DNA of 64,000 nt from Polyangiaceae bacterium (GCA_965222375.1 CBDCTZ010000008.1:352001-416000), one strand, 5' to 3'; positions 10,361-20,900 are shown, numbered from the stretch's first letter. Notes: generated by a model not told the origin, from the letters alone. A program made the numbers and translations.

Positions 10361-10537
10361 ATGAAGCTGAGCCCCTGGTACCTGGCCGCACTCCTGCCTC
10401 TACCCCTGTTGTTCGCGAGCGGTGCGCTAGGTGCGCAAGTCGCAGTCTTGGGGCTGACCCTCGGCATCTTCTTTGGCACCTTGTCGCTCCGGAATCCCAC
10501 CAGTTCCAATGCCACCACCAGTCACTCGGGTAGCTGA
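10361..10537 (+). CDS. 58-aa small membrane protein (below the ORF-track cutoff)
   Basis: GGAG SD 6 nt before ATG; MKLSPWYLAALLPLPLLFASGALGAQVAVLGLTLGIFFGTLSLRNPTSSNATTSHSGS; two hydrophobic segments. Confidence 0.55.
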   Translation: MKLSPWYLAALLPLPLLFASGALGAQVAVLGLTLGIFFGTLSLRNPTSSNATTSHSGS

Positions 10538-10630
10538 CACGCGGCCCTGATTTCCCGCGACGGGCCCCGCTGGCACGCGGCTTTTGGACCTGCGAGATGC
10601 AACGACGCGCGTGGTACCCTCGCGCGCGGG

Positions 10631-11746
10631 ATGACCATTCAGAGCGCGGATTCCGACCCGCCCCGTTCCGGGGAGCGCATCAGCCTGATCCCGGCGTCGG
10701 CGCAGCTGAAAACCATAGAGGAGCTGGCCCTCCACGACACGGAAGCCCTCGGTCTAATCTTGCGTGGCGGTTCCGTCATTGATTGGCACCGACTGAACTT
10801 CGAAAGCGAAGAACAAGCCGTCGCGTTCATCCGCAATCACGAGCTGGATCCCGAGCGCGACGCCGAATACATCGAGCACGTAAAGACCGAAGCAATCAAC
10901 TTCCTGCGACGCACTTTCGCGTTTGCAATTCCGAAGCCCGTAGAACGCTCATCCATCGTGGAGTTGCTGATGATGGCGTCGGGCAAGGGCCATCGACAGC
11001 TCTGTGCCTGCACGATCCTCAAGACGGTGCACATCATCAATCACATGGCGGGGCGCGAGCTTCTGTTCCGACTACCCATGAGCGACCGTGACCTGTTCCA
11101 CTTCGTAGAAGAGAAGGTCTATCGGGTCGTCGGCACCATGCTCTCCGAAGGCTTCCCTATCACGGAATTCGTAGGTGGCCGCAAGAACCTCGATAGCACC
11201 TACACGAAACTGCTCAGCAAGCCGGAAGCGACCGCCGCTGCGCTGTACGACAAGCTACGCTTCCGCATCGTGACCCGCACTCGTCACCACCTGTTGCCGG
11301 TGTTGGAGTACCTGACCTCGCAGATCTTCCCCTTCAACTACGTGGTGCCCGGCGAGAGCACGAACACGATCTTCCACTTTCGCAGCTACTGCGACGCGCA
11401 CCCTCACCTCAAGCAGTGGAGCAGCCGACTGCAGGGCGGGCTGAGCGACACCCTGACTCCCGGAGACAATCGCTTCAGCGCGGCGGAGTACCGCGTGATT
11501 CATTTCGTGACGGACGTGCCGTTGCGCGTGCCTCCCCACATCATGGAGACCTCCCCGGAGGGCTCGGAGACGCTCGGACCGATCGTCTACATGCTATGCG
11601 AGTTCCAGCTCCTGGACGCCGAAAGCGAAGCAGAAAACGAAGCCTCGGACGCGAGCCATGCCGCGTACAAAGCCCGACAGCGCGAGGCGGTGGCCCGACG
11701 GCTCCGCCTCGGCTCCCGCGGCCCCGACAGCCGCAAGCACCGCTGA
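10631..11746 (+). CDS. TIGR04552-like protein with RelA/SpoT synthetase-like motifs
   Basis: LILRGGSVIDWHRL N-terminus; GRKNLDSTYTKL, LYDKLRFRIV, YRVIH, CEFQL, SHAAYK. Confidence 0.8.
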   Translation: MTIQSADSDPPRSGERISLIPASAQLKTIEELALHDTEALGLILRGGSVIDWHRLNFESEEQAVAFIRNHELDPERDAEYIEHVKTEAINFLRRTFAFAIPKPVERSSIVELLMMASGKGHRQLCACTILKTVHIINHMAGRELLFRLPMSDRDLFHFVEEKVYRVVGTMLSEGFPITEFVGGRKNLDSTYTKLLSKPEATAAALYDKLRFRIVTRTRHHLLPVLEYLTSQIFPFNYVVPGESTNTIFHFRSYCDAHPHLKQWSSRLQGGLSDTLTPGDNRFSAAEYRVIHFVTDVPLRVPPHIMETSPEGSETLGPIVYMLCEFQLLDAESEAENEASDASHAAYKARQREAVARRLRLGSRGPDSRKHR

Positions 11747-11818
11747 CCCCGAGAAAACTACGCCCTGGGAGCGCACGGCCATTGCGGCAGGTCCGCCAAG
11801 ACGCTACTTAAGGCCGCC

Positions 11819-12328
11819 ATGTGGCTGCACGCCTCCAAGCTGAAGCAGGTCTCGAATCAAATCCTCGAGCTCATCACGACGGACAACGCCGTGGAGTGCG
11901 AGGACAAGAACGAGGTCCGCGCCGACATCGAGTCCGTACTCGCTCAGTACCTTCGCGACGAGCAAGAGGTCACGGAAAAGGCGCGGGACCTGATCGCCGC
12001 TCGCGGGCTGTCCCACTCGGAGCTCTTTAAAATGAAGAAGCTGGTCGCCGACCAGCGCAAGCTCAAAATCGGCGACGAGGCCATCGACTACATCCTCGAC
12101 CAACTGTTGGAGATGCTGATGCACTCCCATAACGTGGCGGAGGTCTTCGCTGAAGACTGGGAGCTTCGACGTCGCATGCGCGAGCCGATGCGCGCGCAAA
12201 TGGCACAGGAAGAGAACCTTCACGAGGAAGTGCGTGGGCGCCTGAAGCACGTGGAAGAGGGGACCCAGCTTTGGGAAGTCGAATACCGGCGAATGATGGA
12301 GGACATCAAACGCCGAAAGGGCCTCTAG
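11819..12328 (+). CDS. DUF507-family protein
   Basis: Helical protein; C-terminal EGTQLWEVEYRRMMEDIKRRKGL pattern; two internally similar halves. Confidence 0.75.
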   Translation: MWLHASKLKQVSNQILELITTDNAVECEDKNEVRADIESVLAQYLRDEQEVTEKARDLIAARGLSHSELFKMKKLVADQRKLKIGDEAIDYILDQLLEMLMHSHNVAEVFAEDWELRRRMREPMRAQMAQEENLHEEVRGRLKHVEEGTQLWEVEYRRMMEDIKRRKGL

Positions 12329-12335
12329 CTGGGCC

Positions 12336-13295
12336 ATGCCCCGCTACCTCGTCACGGGCGGCGCCGGGTTCATCGGTTCCAATCTGACCATCGCGCTGGC
12401 CAAGCAGGGCGAGCGCGTACGCGTGGTGGACGACCTCTCCACGGGCTTTTGGGAAAACCTCTCCAGCGTGAGCGACGGCCAGGTTGAGACCATCGCTGCG
12501 GACATCCGAGATGGCGAGGCCATGTCCAAGGCCATGCAGGGCGTCGAAGTCGTGTTTCACCACGCAGCTCTCGGTTCAGTTCCGCTGAGCATCGAAGACC
12601 CGGTGCGCGCAGACTCGGTGAATGTCGGCGGCACCGTCCAGGTGCTCGAGGCTGCGCGCCACGCAGGCGTGCGCCGAGTGATCTTCGCCGCCTCGAGTGC
12701 CGCCTATGGCGACGAGCCCAGCCTGCCCAAACACGAGGGTTCGCCCATCGCACCGCTGTCTCCCTATGCGGTCAGCAAGCTGGCCGCGGAACGCTACGCG
12801 GCGGTCTTTTCCGCGCTGTATGGCTTGGAAACGTTGAGCTTTCGCTACTTCAACATCTTCGGGCCTCACCAACGCCCGGAGGGAGCCTACGCCGCGGCGA
12901 TCCCACGTTTCTTGTGGGCAGCGCTCACCGGCGCACCTTTGACCATCTACGGCGACGGCCAAACCACTCGGGACTTCTGCTTCGTGGACAACGTTGTCGC
13001 GGCGAATCTGCTGGCAGCAAACACCCCCAAGAAGCTCTCGGGCGAGCGCGTCAACATCGCGACCGGCACTAGCGTGACTCTATCCGAAGTCGTTCAGACG
13101 ATCGGAGCACAACTCGGCAAGGAGCTAGAGGTTCGTCACGAGGCAGTACGCGTCGGCGACGTGCGGCATTCCTCCGCGAGCATCGAAAAAGCCAAAGAAC
13201 TTCTCGGATACGAGGGCAACTGTGACCTGCGCCGAGGTTTGCCCCGCACAATCGACTTCCTTCGAGACCTTGCCGAAAAGCGTGCGGACGAGTGA
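12336..13295 (+). CDS. NAD-dependent nucleotide-sugar epimerase/dehydratase (extended SDR)
   Basis: TGGAGFIGS, HHAALGSV, YAVSK (YxxxK), RYFNIFGP, GDGQTTRDF. Confidence 0.95.
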   Translation: MPRYLVTGGAGFIGSNLTIALAKQGERVRVVDDLSTGFWENLSSVSDGQVETIAADIRDGEAMSKAMQGVEVVFHHAALGSVPLSIEDPVRADSVNVGGTVQVLEAARHAGVRRVIFAASSAAYGDEPSLPKHEGSPIAPLSPYAVSKLAAERYAAVFSALYGLETLSFRYFNIFGPHQRPEGAYAAAIPRFLWAALTGAPLTIYGDGQTTRDFCFVDNVVAANLLAANTPKKLSGERVNIATGTSVTLSEVVQTIGAQLGKELEVRHEAVRVGDVRHSSASIEKAKELLGYEGNCDLRRGLPRTIDFLRDLAEKRADE

Positions 13296-14164
13296 AGAGC
13301 ATGACGGGATACGGCCGGGGCGTTGCCCCCCTGGGCGACGGGAGCGTCGTGGTCGAGATCCGATCATTGAATCACCGATACCTGGATGTACGCGCACGGG
13401 CGTCGCAAGAGATCGCGGAACATGCCACCTGGCTCGAACAATTGGTTCGACAGAAACTGTCTCGGGGCCGCTACGACGTGAGCGCGCGCGCCGAGGGCTC
13501 CGTAACCCCAGAACCTCAGCTTTCGACCGGCCGCGCCAGGTCGCTATTCCGACAGCTGCGCGAGCTCGCCACGGAGTTGGGCGTACCTGAGCCGAACAGC
13601 GTCGAGTGGTTGACTGCCCTACCCGAGGTGCTCGAACGCCCGACCTTGAGCCAGGTCGCGCCCGCTAGGCAAGCCCTGGAGCAAGCGATGACTCGCGCGC
13701 TGGCGGACTTGGACGCAATGCGGCTAGCCGAAGGCAAGGCCCTCGACGTGGACTTCCGAGAGCGGCTCGGACGCATTCGCACTCTGCTTGATCAGCTTGC
13801 CGCGCGCACCCCGCAGCTGGTCGAGGAGTACCGCGACCGGCTAAAAAACCGCCTGGAGCGCCTGCTCGCATCCCAGCCCGCGGCCCTGGACCCGTCACGC
13901 TTGGAGCTGGAGGTTGCGTTGCTCGCCGACAAGAGTGACGTGAACGAGGAGCTGGTGCGCTTGAGCAGCCACCTCGAGCAGTTCGAGGGGTTTCTGGCGC
14001 AAGAAGAGGCCGTGGGGCGTCGCCTCGACTTCTTGCTGCAGGAAATCGGCAGAGAAGTGAACACCGCCGGCAGTAAATGCCAAGACGCGACGGTCGCGCA
14101 TACGGTGGTAGATCTGAAGGCAGAAGTGGAGCGGCTCAGGGAGCAAGTGCAGAATGTCGAATGA
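13292..14164 (+). CDS. yicC: YicC/YloC-family endoribonuclease
   Basis: MKSMTGYGRG, SLNHRYLD, EELVRLSSH, GRRLDFLLQEIGREVNTAGSK, REQVQNVE. Confidence 0.95.
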   Translation: MKSMTGYGRGVAPLGDGSVVVEIRSLNHRYLDVRARASQEIAEHATWLEQLVRQKLSRGRYDVSARAEGSVTPEPQLSTGRARSLFRQLRELATELGVPEPNSVEWLTALPEVLERPTLSQVAPARQALEQAMTRALADLDAMRLAEGKALDVDFRERLGRIRTLLDQLAARTPQLVEEYRDRLKNRLERLLASQPAALDPSRLELEVALLADKSDVNEELVRLSSHLEQFEGFLAQEEAVGRRLDFLLQEIGREVNTAGSKCQDATVAHTVVDLKAEVERLREQVQNVE

Positions 14165-14780
14165 AGCGCCGTTGCTGATCATCATCTCTTCCCCCAGCGG
14201 TGCCGGGAAGACCACCCTGACCACTCGGCTGCGGGAGCGGGTGGCCAACTTGCGCTTCAGCATCAGCCACACCACTCGGGCGCCCCGTAGCGGCGAGGTG
14301 GATGGGCGCGAGTATCACTTCGTCAGCCGCGAGACATTCAGTCGCCTGCTGCAGCTGGACGAGTTCTTGGAATGGGCGGAAGTGCACGGCAACTTCTACG
14401 GGACGAGTCGCAAAGAAGTACAAAGCGCCCAGGGCGCCCTGGGCCTCATCTTCGATGTCGACCATCAGGGCGCGCGTCAAATCAAGAGCGTGCACCCCGA
14501 GGCCATCAGCGTGTTCATACTGCCCCCCAGCATGGAGGTGCTGGAGCAACGCCTTCGAGGCCGCGCTAGCGAAGATGAAACCACCGTGCAGCGCCGCTTC
14601 GCCGTGGCCAAGCAAGAGATCGCGCACTACGGGCAGTTCGACTACCTGCTACTGAATGAAGACCTGGAGGATGCCACTCAGCGCTTGTTGGGGATTTTCC
14701 GGGCGGAGGAGTGTCGTCGGCCGCGCATGGCGCGCCGCGCCGAAAAGCTGCTTAGACAGGGGCGCGACAGCGGCCACTGA
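14154..14780 (+). CDS. gmk: Guanylate kinase
   Basis: SSPSGAGKTT, SHTTRAPRSGEVDGREYHFV, EWAEVHGNFYGT, FILPPS. Confidence 0.97.
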   Translation: MSNEAPLLIIISSPSGAGKTTLTTRLRERVANLRFSISHTTRAPRSGEVDGREYHFVSRETFSRLLQLDEFLEWAEVHGNFYGTSRKEVQSAQGALGLIFDVDHQGARQIKSVHPEAISVFILPPSMEVLEQRLRGRASEDETTVQRRFAVAKQEIAHYGQFDYLLLNEDLEDATQRLLGIFRAEECRRPRMARRAEKLLRQGRDSGH

Positions 14781-14888
14781 CAGCCGGCCGTCTTGATTTT
14801 GCGTTGTTTTCGGTGTTACGGGCCCCGGTGCACCACTGAGGGACCGGCCTCCGTGCGGCCCCGAGATGGCAAGGAGACGTAGAAACCC

Positions 14889-15746
14889 ATGAGGAACGTG
14901 TTGGGCGTCATTGGCGGCAGCGGCATCTACGATGTGCCGGGCCTGGAGTTGATCGAAAAGACGGCCGTGTCGACGCCCTTCGGCGAGCCGAGCGACGAGT
15001 TGGTGCGCGGGCGCCTAGGTGAAACCGAGCTGCTATTCCTGCCCCGGCACGGTCGAGGGCATCGGGTGGCGCCCCACGGCATCAACTACCGCGCCAACGT
15101 TGCAGCCATGAAGCTATCGGGTGCGACCCATTTGTTGAGTCTCTCTGCCGTAGGCAGCCTGAAGGAAGAAATCGCACCAGGAGATGTGGCCATTGTCGAC
15201 CAATACATCGACCTGACCAAGCGTCGGATCAGCACCTTCTTCGACGACGACGTGATCGCGCACGTGGCTTTCGGCGACCCAGTGTGCAGCGTCATGGCCG
15301 CAGCCGTGAGCCACGCCGCCAAGGCCGCAGGTGCCAAGGCTCACGACGGGGGAACCTACGTCTGCATGGAGGGACCGCAGTTTTCCACCCGAGCCGAAAG
15401 CCACCTCTACCGTAGTTGGGGAGCTAGCGTGATTGGCATGACGGCGATGCCCGAAGCCAAGTTGGCTCGGGAAGCAGAACTCCCCTACGCCACCGTCGCC
15501 TTGGTCACCGACTACGATTGTTGGCACGAGAGCGAAGAGGCTGTCAGTGTCGACGCGGTCCTTGCCGTCTTGAAAAAGAACGCCGCTATGGCACAGACCA
15601 TCGTGGCGAAGCTGGCTGCGGCTCTGCCCGACCCAACCAAGAGTGCCGCCAAGGACGCGCTTGCAGGCGCCCTGATCACAGACAAGTCCACCATCAGCGC
15701 CGCTGCCAAGGAACGGCTCGGCTTCTTGATTCAGCGTTACCTCTGA
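14889..15746 (+). CDS. mtnP: S-methyl-5'-thioadenosine phosphorylase
   Basis: GVIGGSG, PRHGRGH, EGPQFSTRAES, GMTAMPEAKLAREAE, TDYDCW. Confidence 0.95.
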   Translation: MRNVLGVIGGSGIYDVPGLELIEKTAVSTPFGEPSDELVRGRLGETELLFLPRHGRGHRVAPHGINYRANVAAMKLSGATHLLSLSAVGSLKEEIAPGDVAIVDQYIDLTKRRISTFFDDDVIAHVAFGDPVCSVMAAAVSHAAKAAGAKAHDGGTYVCMEGPQFSTRAESHLYRSWGASVIGMTAMPEAKLAREAELPYATVALVTDYDCWHESEEAVSVDAVLAVLKKNAAMAQTIVAKLAAALPDPTKSAAKDALAGALITDKSTISAAAKERLGFLIQRYL

Positions 15747-15792
15747 GCAGCTTCTGCTCGGAACCGAGACCCCCCCGCGAAAGCCAAAAAGC

Positions 15793-16725
15793 ATGAATCC
15801 CAAACCCGCACCCAAACCCGTCCTAATCATTGGCTCGATGGCTTTCGATGACCTGGAACTGCCCACGGGCAAGTTTGACGACGTCGTGGGCGGCTCCGCG
15901 ACCTATGCCGCCATGGCCACGAGCCTCTTCGCGCCCGCCCGCGTCGTTGCCGTCGTCGGCACGGATTTCCCGGACGAGCGCCTGGCTCATTTGTCGAAGT
16001 GTGGCGTGGGCGTGGACGTTCAGGGCGTGGAACGCGCCGAGGGCAAGACTTTTCGCTGGGCAGGGCGTTACGCCAAGAACCTCGCGTCTCGCACGACGCT
16101 GGACACCCAGCTCAACGTGTTCGCGGACTTCCGTCCCAAGCTGCCCCCGGGCCACGCGGACTCGGAGTTCTTGCTTCTGGGCAACATCCACCCGGCCCTT
16201 CAACTCGAGGTGCTGGACAAGGCAAAGAACGCGAAGTTCGTTGCGGCGGACACCATGAACTTTTGGATCGAGGGCGAGCGGCCCTTGCTGACCAAGTTGC
16301 TGGCACGCATCGACACCCTGGTCATCAACGACGAAGAGCTGCGGCAATTGGGTGAAGAGCACAACATCCGCAGAGCCGCCAAGATCGTGCAAGCGATGGG
16401 ACCGAAACGCCTCGTGGTCAAGCGTGGCGAGTATGGCGCAATGCTCTTCGACGAGCACGGGATCTTCTTTGCACCGGCCTACCCCCTGGAAGACGAAGTG
16501 GACCCCACCGGCGCTGGCGACACCTTCGCGGGCGCGCTGTTGGGCTACCTCGCCAAGGAGTGCAACCTGGACGAGCACACGCTGCGCCGGGCTCTGATGA
16601 TGGCCGCCACCGTGGCATCCTTCTGCGTCGAGGGCGTCGGCACCGCGCGCATCGCGGAGATCGGCCGCGACGATGTCGCGCATCGCCTGGACTCGCTTCG
16701 CACTTTGGTGCACTTTGGATCCTGA
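15793..16725 (+). CDS. PfkB-family sugar/nucleoside kinase
   Basis: GGSATY, DTMNFWI, VKRGEYGA, DPTGAGDTFAG. Confidence 0.93.
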   Translation: MNPKPAPKPVLIIGSMAFDDLELPTGKFDDVVGGSATYAAMATSLFAPARVVAVVGTDFPDERLAHLSKCGVGVDVQGVERAEGKTFRWAGRYAKNLASRTTLDTQLNVFADFRPKLPPGHADSEFLLLGNIHPALQLEVLDKAKNAKFVAADTMNFWIEGERPLLTKLLARIDTLVINDEELRQLGEEHNIRRAAKIVQAMGPKRLVVKRGEYGAMLFDEHGIFFAPAYPLEDEVDPTGAGDTFAGALLGYLAKECNLDEHTLRRALMMAATVASFCVEGVGTARIAEIGRDDVAHRLDSLRTLVHFGS

Positions 16726-16737
16726 GGGGAAACGACG

Positions 16738-17772
16738 ATGAAACAGTTGCGCTTGCTTGGGGTCATGGCATTCGTGGCGGTGGCTGTCGCCGCCTGCTCG
16801 AGTGATTCGGACCCCAAGAAGGGTGGTACCGGCGGGGCTGGGGGCAGTGGGGGTGGCTCAGCCTGCAAGCCGACGGCGGATGCGTGCTACGTGGCGGGCC
16901 CGAGCGGCCCGGGCAACGAGTGCATGGCCCGGGCGGACTACTCCGCAGCGACCAAAACGCAGCTCCGAGCGACGTCCCACCAAGTCAAGAGCCCGACCAC
17001 CTTGGCTGCACCCTTCATGCAGGATGCCATCATCACGCTGAAGAGCGCGCTGTTCGAGCCCGACTGCAACCAGCTCGGAACCGGTCAATTCAACTTGCTC
17101 ATGGAGCTGGACGAGACCGCATCCACCCTCACCATGTCCGGCGGCGTCCCGCAGAAACTCGTGGGGTCCGCGCCCGACGGCGCGTGCCACGTCAAGGTAA
17201 CGGACCCCGGGTCAGGCTTGAAGGTTGAACCTGTGACGGCAAAAGCAACCTTAGGCGGAGACGGTAGCTTCGAAGCAACGCTGCCCCTCTTCGTGATGCC
17301 CATCTACCTGGAGGACAAGGCGGATCTCGACAGTGTCGTGCTGATGCCGCTACACGAAATGCGCGTCAGCGGGAAGCTCTCCGCCGACAAGAATTGCGTC
17401 GGCCGCTACGCGCATGAGCGCGTCAATGCTGGGCTGCAGTGTCAGGCCAACGAGAGCGAATTCGCCTGGGACCCGGCGGGCACGTACGAGGGCTACATCA
17501 CGGTGGAAGAAGCGGACGAGGTCTTCGTGCACTCCCTGGGACAGACCCTCTGCGTGGTGCTGACGGGAGACCCCAAGAAGTGGGAAGGCCCCAAGCCCGA
17601 TTCCAACTGCGCAACCAGCCCAGGCTTCCAGAACAGCGGCGCCCTGCCCAAGGGCGACTGGTGTTCGACGACGAACAGCGCCGGTGGCTGCCAGGACAGC
17701 TGGCGCTTGGTCATCGATTTCGCCGCGCAGGCGGTGAGCATCGGTGGTGAGTACGGCAACGGCTGCCCTTGA
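16738..17772 (+). CDS. Uncharacterised Cys-rich myxobacterial lipoprotein
   Basis: SD GAGGGG; lipobox VAAC; Gly linker; Cys-rich beta core. Confidence 0.85.
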   Translation: MKQLRLLGVMAFVAVAVAACSSDSDPKKGGTGGAGGSGGGSACKPTADACYVAGPSGPGNECMARADYSAATKTQLRATSHQVKSPTTLAAPFMQDAIITLKSALFEPDCNQLGTGQFNLLMELDETASTLTMSGGVPQKLVGSAPDGACHVKVTDPGSGLKVEPVTAKATLGGDGSFEATLPLFVMPIYLEDKADLDSVVLMPLHEMRVSGKLSADKNCVGRYAHERVNAGLQCQANESEFAWDPAGTYEGYITVEEADEVFVHSLGQTLCVVLTGDPKKWEGPKPDSNCATSPGFQNSGALPKGDWCSTTNSAGGCQDSWRLVIDFAAQAVSIGGEYGNGCP

Positions 17773-17939
17773 GCTTCGTCCAAGGGCAGCAACGACGCAG
17801 TGCGGGGCGCACCTTAGCGCACATTCGCCTACCTGAAGATCTGCATGCAGATCCGAACGGGCGGCCAAAGCTGAGCTAAGATCAGGTGCGTTCGCCTAGG
17901 GGCGCCATGCGCGGCCGGGAGCCGCAACGGGAGAGTCTT

Positions 17940-20900
17940 ATGCCGCGTTGGCTGAAGCATATCTTTTGCGTCGTTTGCTTGGTTGTGTTCGCGGGCTGCG
18001 CGGGCAGTTGTTCGAGCTGTAGCGGATGCGGAATGACGCCTCTCGACGGAGGCTTTCCAAACGAAAAGCGGATCGAGAACGCAGCGAGCGTACGTCTCAC
18101 CGAGAGTGGATTGAAGTTCATCGGCGACAACCTCGGTGCCATTGCGCCCAACCTCTTGGGCGACGTCGCCCAAGGCAATGCGGGCGTCGTCACCTTCAAC
18201 GTCCCGCCGGTCAATCAACCAATCAAGGATCCGATCCTGGGCATTGAGATCGGCAAAGCAAAGGTCTGCACCGGTGGGTCCAAGCCCAACGCCAATCCTC
18301 CCGAATGCGTGGTTGAAGCCGATCTCGGCAAAGCCAAGTTGACCCTAGCGACTAAGGTTCCGCACAATCTGACCATCAAAGGCACCCTGGCGGTGCGGCT
18401 GCAGAAAGCGCCCTTTACGGCCCTCGGCCTTAGCAGCGAAATCGTGCTGACCAAGGGCGCGAGTTGCAGCCAACGCGACTACGCCGAAATCCCGCTCGAC
18501 GTCGACATCTCCATCGAGGTCGACGACGACCCCAACCATGGCGGCCGCCAGGGGTACTCGCGCCTGAAAATCGCCAAACTCGACATCAGCCAAACGGCCA
18601 TCGAGAACTCCGTCGGATTCTGTGGCGGTGGCATTGCCACCTGGATCTTCAACCTGGTCAAGGGCCCAATCGTGGGCGGCGTGGTTGGCGGCCTCACCGA
18701 CACCGTCAAAGACGCGGTCGAGGAGCAGCTGTGCACCAGTCGAGATCCCGCGGCCGGAATCACTTGTCCGAAAGGCTCCGTCCCCGACAAGGACGACGTC
18801 TGCCGCTACTGCAATCCAGACGCCAACGGGATCTGCCAAGACACCAAAACCGAGTGCGTTTCCTTGGCCCTCGGCATCGACGGCAACTTCAACCTGTCTC
18901 AAGCCCTATCCAGCCTGTCGCCGGGCACCAAGGGCGGCTTCGACTTCATGATGGCCGTCGGCGGCGAGGGCCTGCGCGATGACAGCTCAGGCTTCAGCTG
19001 GGGCGATCTCAACCCGACGCCCTCTGCGCCAGGCGCCACCATGGGCCTCATGGGAGGCACTGAACCCAAGCCTGTCACGCAATGCGTGCCCATCGCCGCT
19101 CTGACTCAACCCACCGGCATTCCCATCCCAGACGAGCTCACCGCGAACACCCTCGCCGGCTGGACCGGAGAAGGGCCCCACCTCGGTTTGGCGCTGAGCG
19201 AGCGCTACATGAACTACGCCCTGGGTGCCGTCTACAACAGCGGCGCACTGTGCCTGGGCATCGGCTCGAGCACGCTGGGCTCGCTATTGAGCTCGGACAC
19301 CGTGGGGCTGCTGATCCCAAGCCTCAAGGACCTCGCGCGCCAGCGCAAGGCCGCTCCTTTGGCGCTCGTCCTCCGCCCCCAGCAGCCGCCCGTAGCGACG
19401 GTCGGCAACGGAACCGACATCAAGACGGATCCGCTGCTCGGCATCGCCCTGGACAAGCTGAGCATCGATTTCTACGTCTGGAGCAACGACCGCTTCATCC
19501 GCGGGTTCACGGCCACCTTCGACGTGGTGGCACCCGTCAACCTGGACGTGACCAGCGAGGGCCTCGCGCCGGTCATTGACGAGGTTCAGATCAACAACCC
19601 GGAGATCACCAACGGACCGCTGCTGCGGGAGGACACCGCGTCGGCCGCGAAGGCCCTGGCGGGCATCGTCGGCAGCCAGATCGGCGGGGCTTTGGGCGGC
19701 GCCATCGACCCCATCAATCTAAACGACCAGCTCAGCAGTGTGGGGCTGACCTTGGACATCCCGCCGACGGTCCAAGGACAGGGCAGCCCGGGCTTGCGCA
19801 AACTGGAAAAAGGCACCGATCGCTTCCTCGGCATCTTCGCGGCCCTAGGCGTGGCGCCCCCCGCAACCAACAGCGTGGCCGAGTTCCAGCTCGAGACGCT
19901 GGCAGAGGTCCGCGAGAAGAGGGTCACCAAAGACGGCCTGACGTTGCCGACGTTGACGGAGGAAAACCACCCGGTCGTGGTCGTGCGGGCCTCCAGCCCC
20001 CAGGACAACGGCGCCCAGCGCGTCGAGTACCAGTACCGAGTCAACGGCGGGATCTGGCATCCCTGGACCTTCAAGAAGGACTTGGAGATCCGCACGCCGG
20101 ATTTGCTGCTGCAGGCCAACCATTACGTCGAGGTGCGCTCGCGGGTGGAGGGCAAACCCCACAGTATGGATAGCTCCCCGGTTCGGCTCGATTTCCGCAT
20201 CGACAAGACCGCGCCCTTCGTCGACCTAGGTCGGCGCCCCAAGGCCGGGAAGGTCGACGTGTTCGTGCGCGACACTGTGTCCTCGCGCGATAAGGTGCGG
20301 GTGCGCTACGCCCTTGACGAGGACGCTTTCAATGAGTGGGGCCCCGCCGATCAGCTTTCGAACATCGAGGTCGGCGCCGCCGCCCAGGTGCGTATCGAGG
20401 CCGTAGACGAAGAGGGCAACGTGGCCAGCGTCAGCCAAGGGCTGATCCGCGGTAAGGAAGATGCATCCCTGGGCAACGATAGCGGCTGCAACTGCGCCCT
20501 GGTCGGAACCAATGCAGGTGGCTCGTCGCCCCTTCGCTACGGCTTCCCTGCCCTTCTCGCCCTGGGCTTGGGCCTGTTTGCACGCCGCTGTGCCCGCAAC
20601 CGCCCTCGACCCGAGCGCAAGAACCCGGCAACCCTGCGCCGAGCACGCACCTTGAGCGGTGTAGCTATGATGGCCGTGGCGATGAGCTACTCGGGCTGCT
20701 CTTGTGGCGACGACGGTGACTCCAAGGGCAACGGTGGCAGCGGCGGCAAGCCGGCTGGCTCCTGCCCCGACGCCGAGGATTGCGAGCTGCTCGAGCCGGG
20801 CCTGATCGGCGCCTACGCTTCCGCAACCGTGGCTGCCGACGGCACCGTGTGGGTGAGCGCCTACAACGATTTCGGCTACGGCGTCGCCGATAGCTACGAA

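Noticed and set aside
10571..10587. TGGCACG sigma54-like site
   Set aside because: There is no GC at the -12 position.
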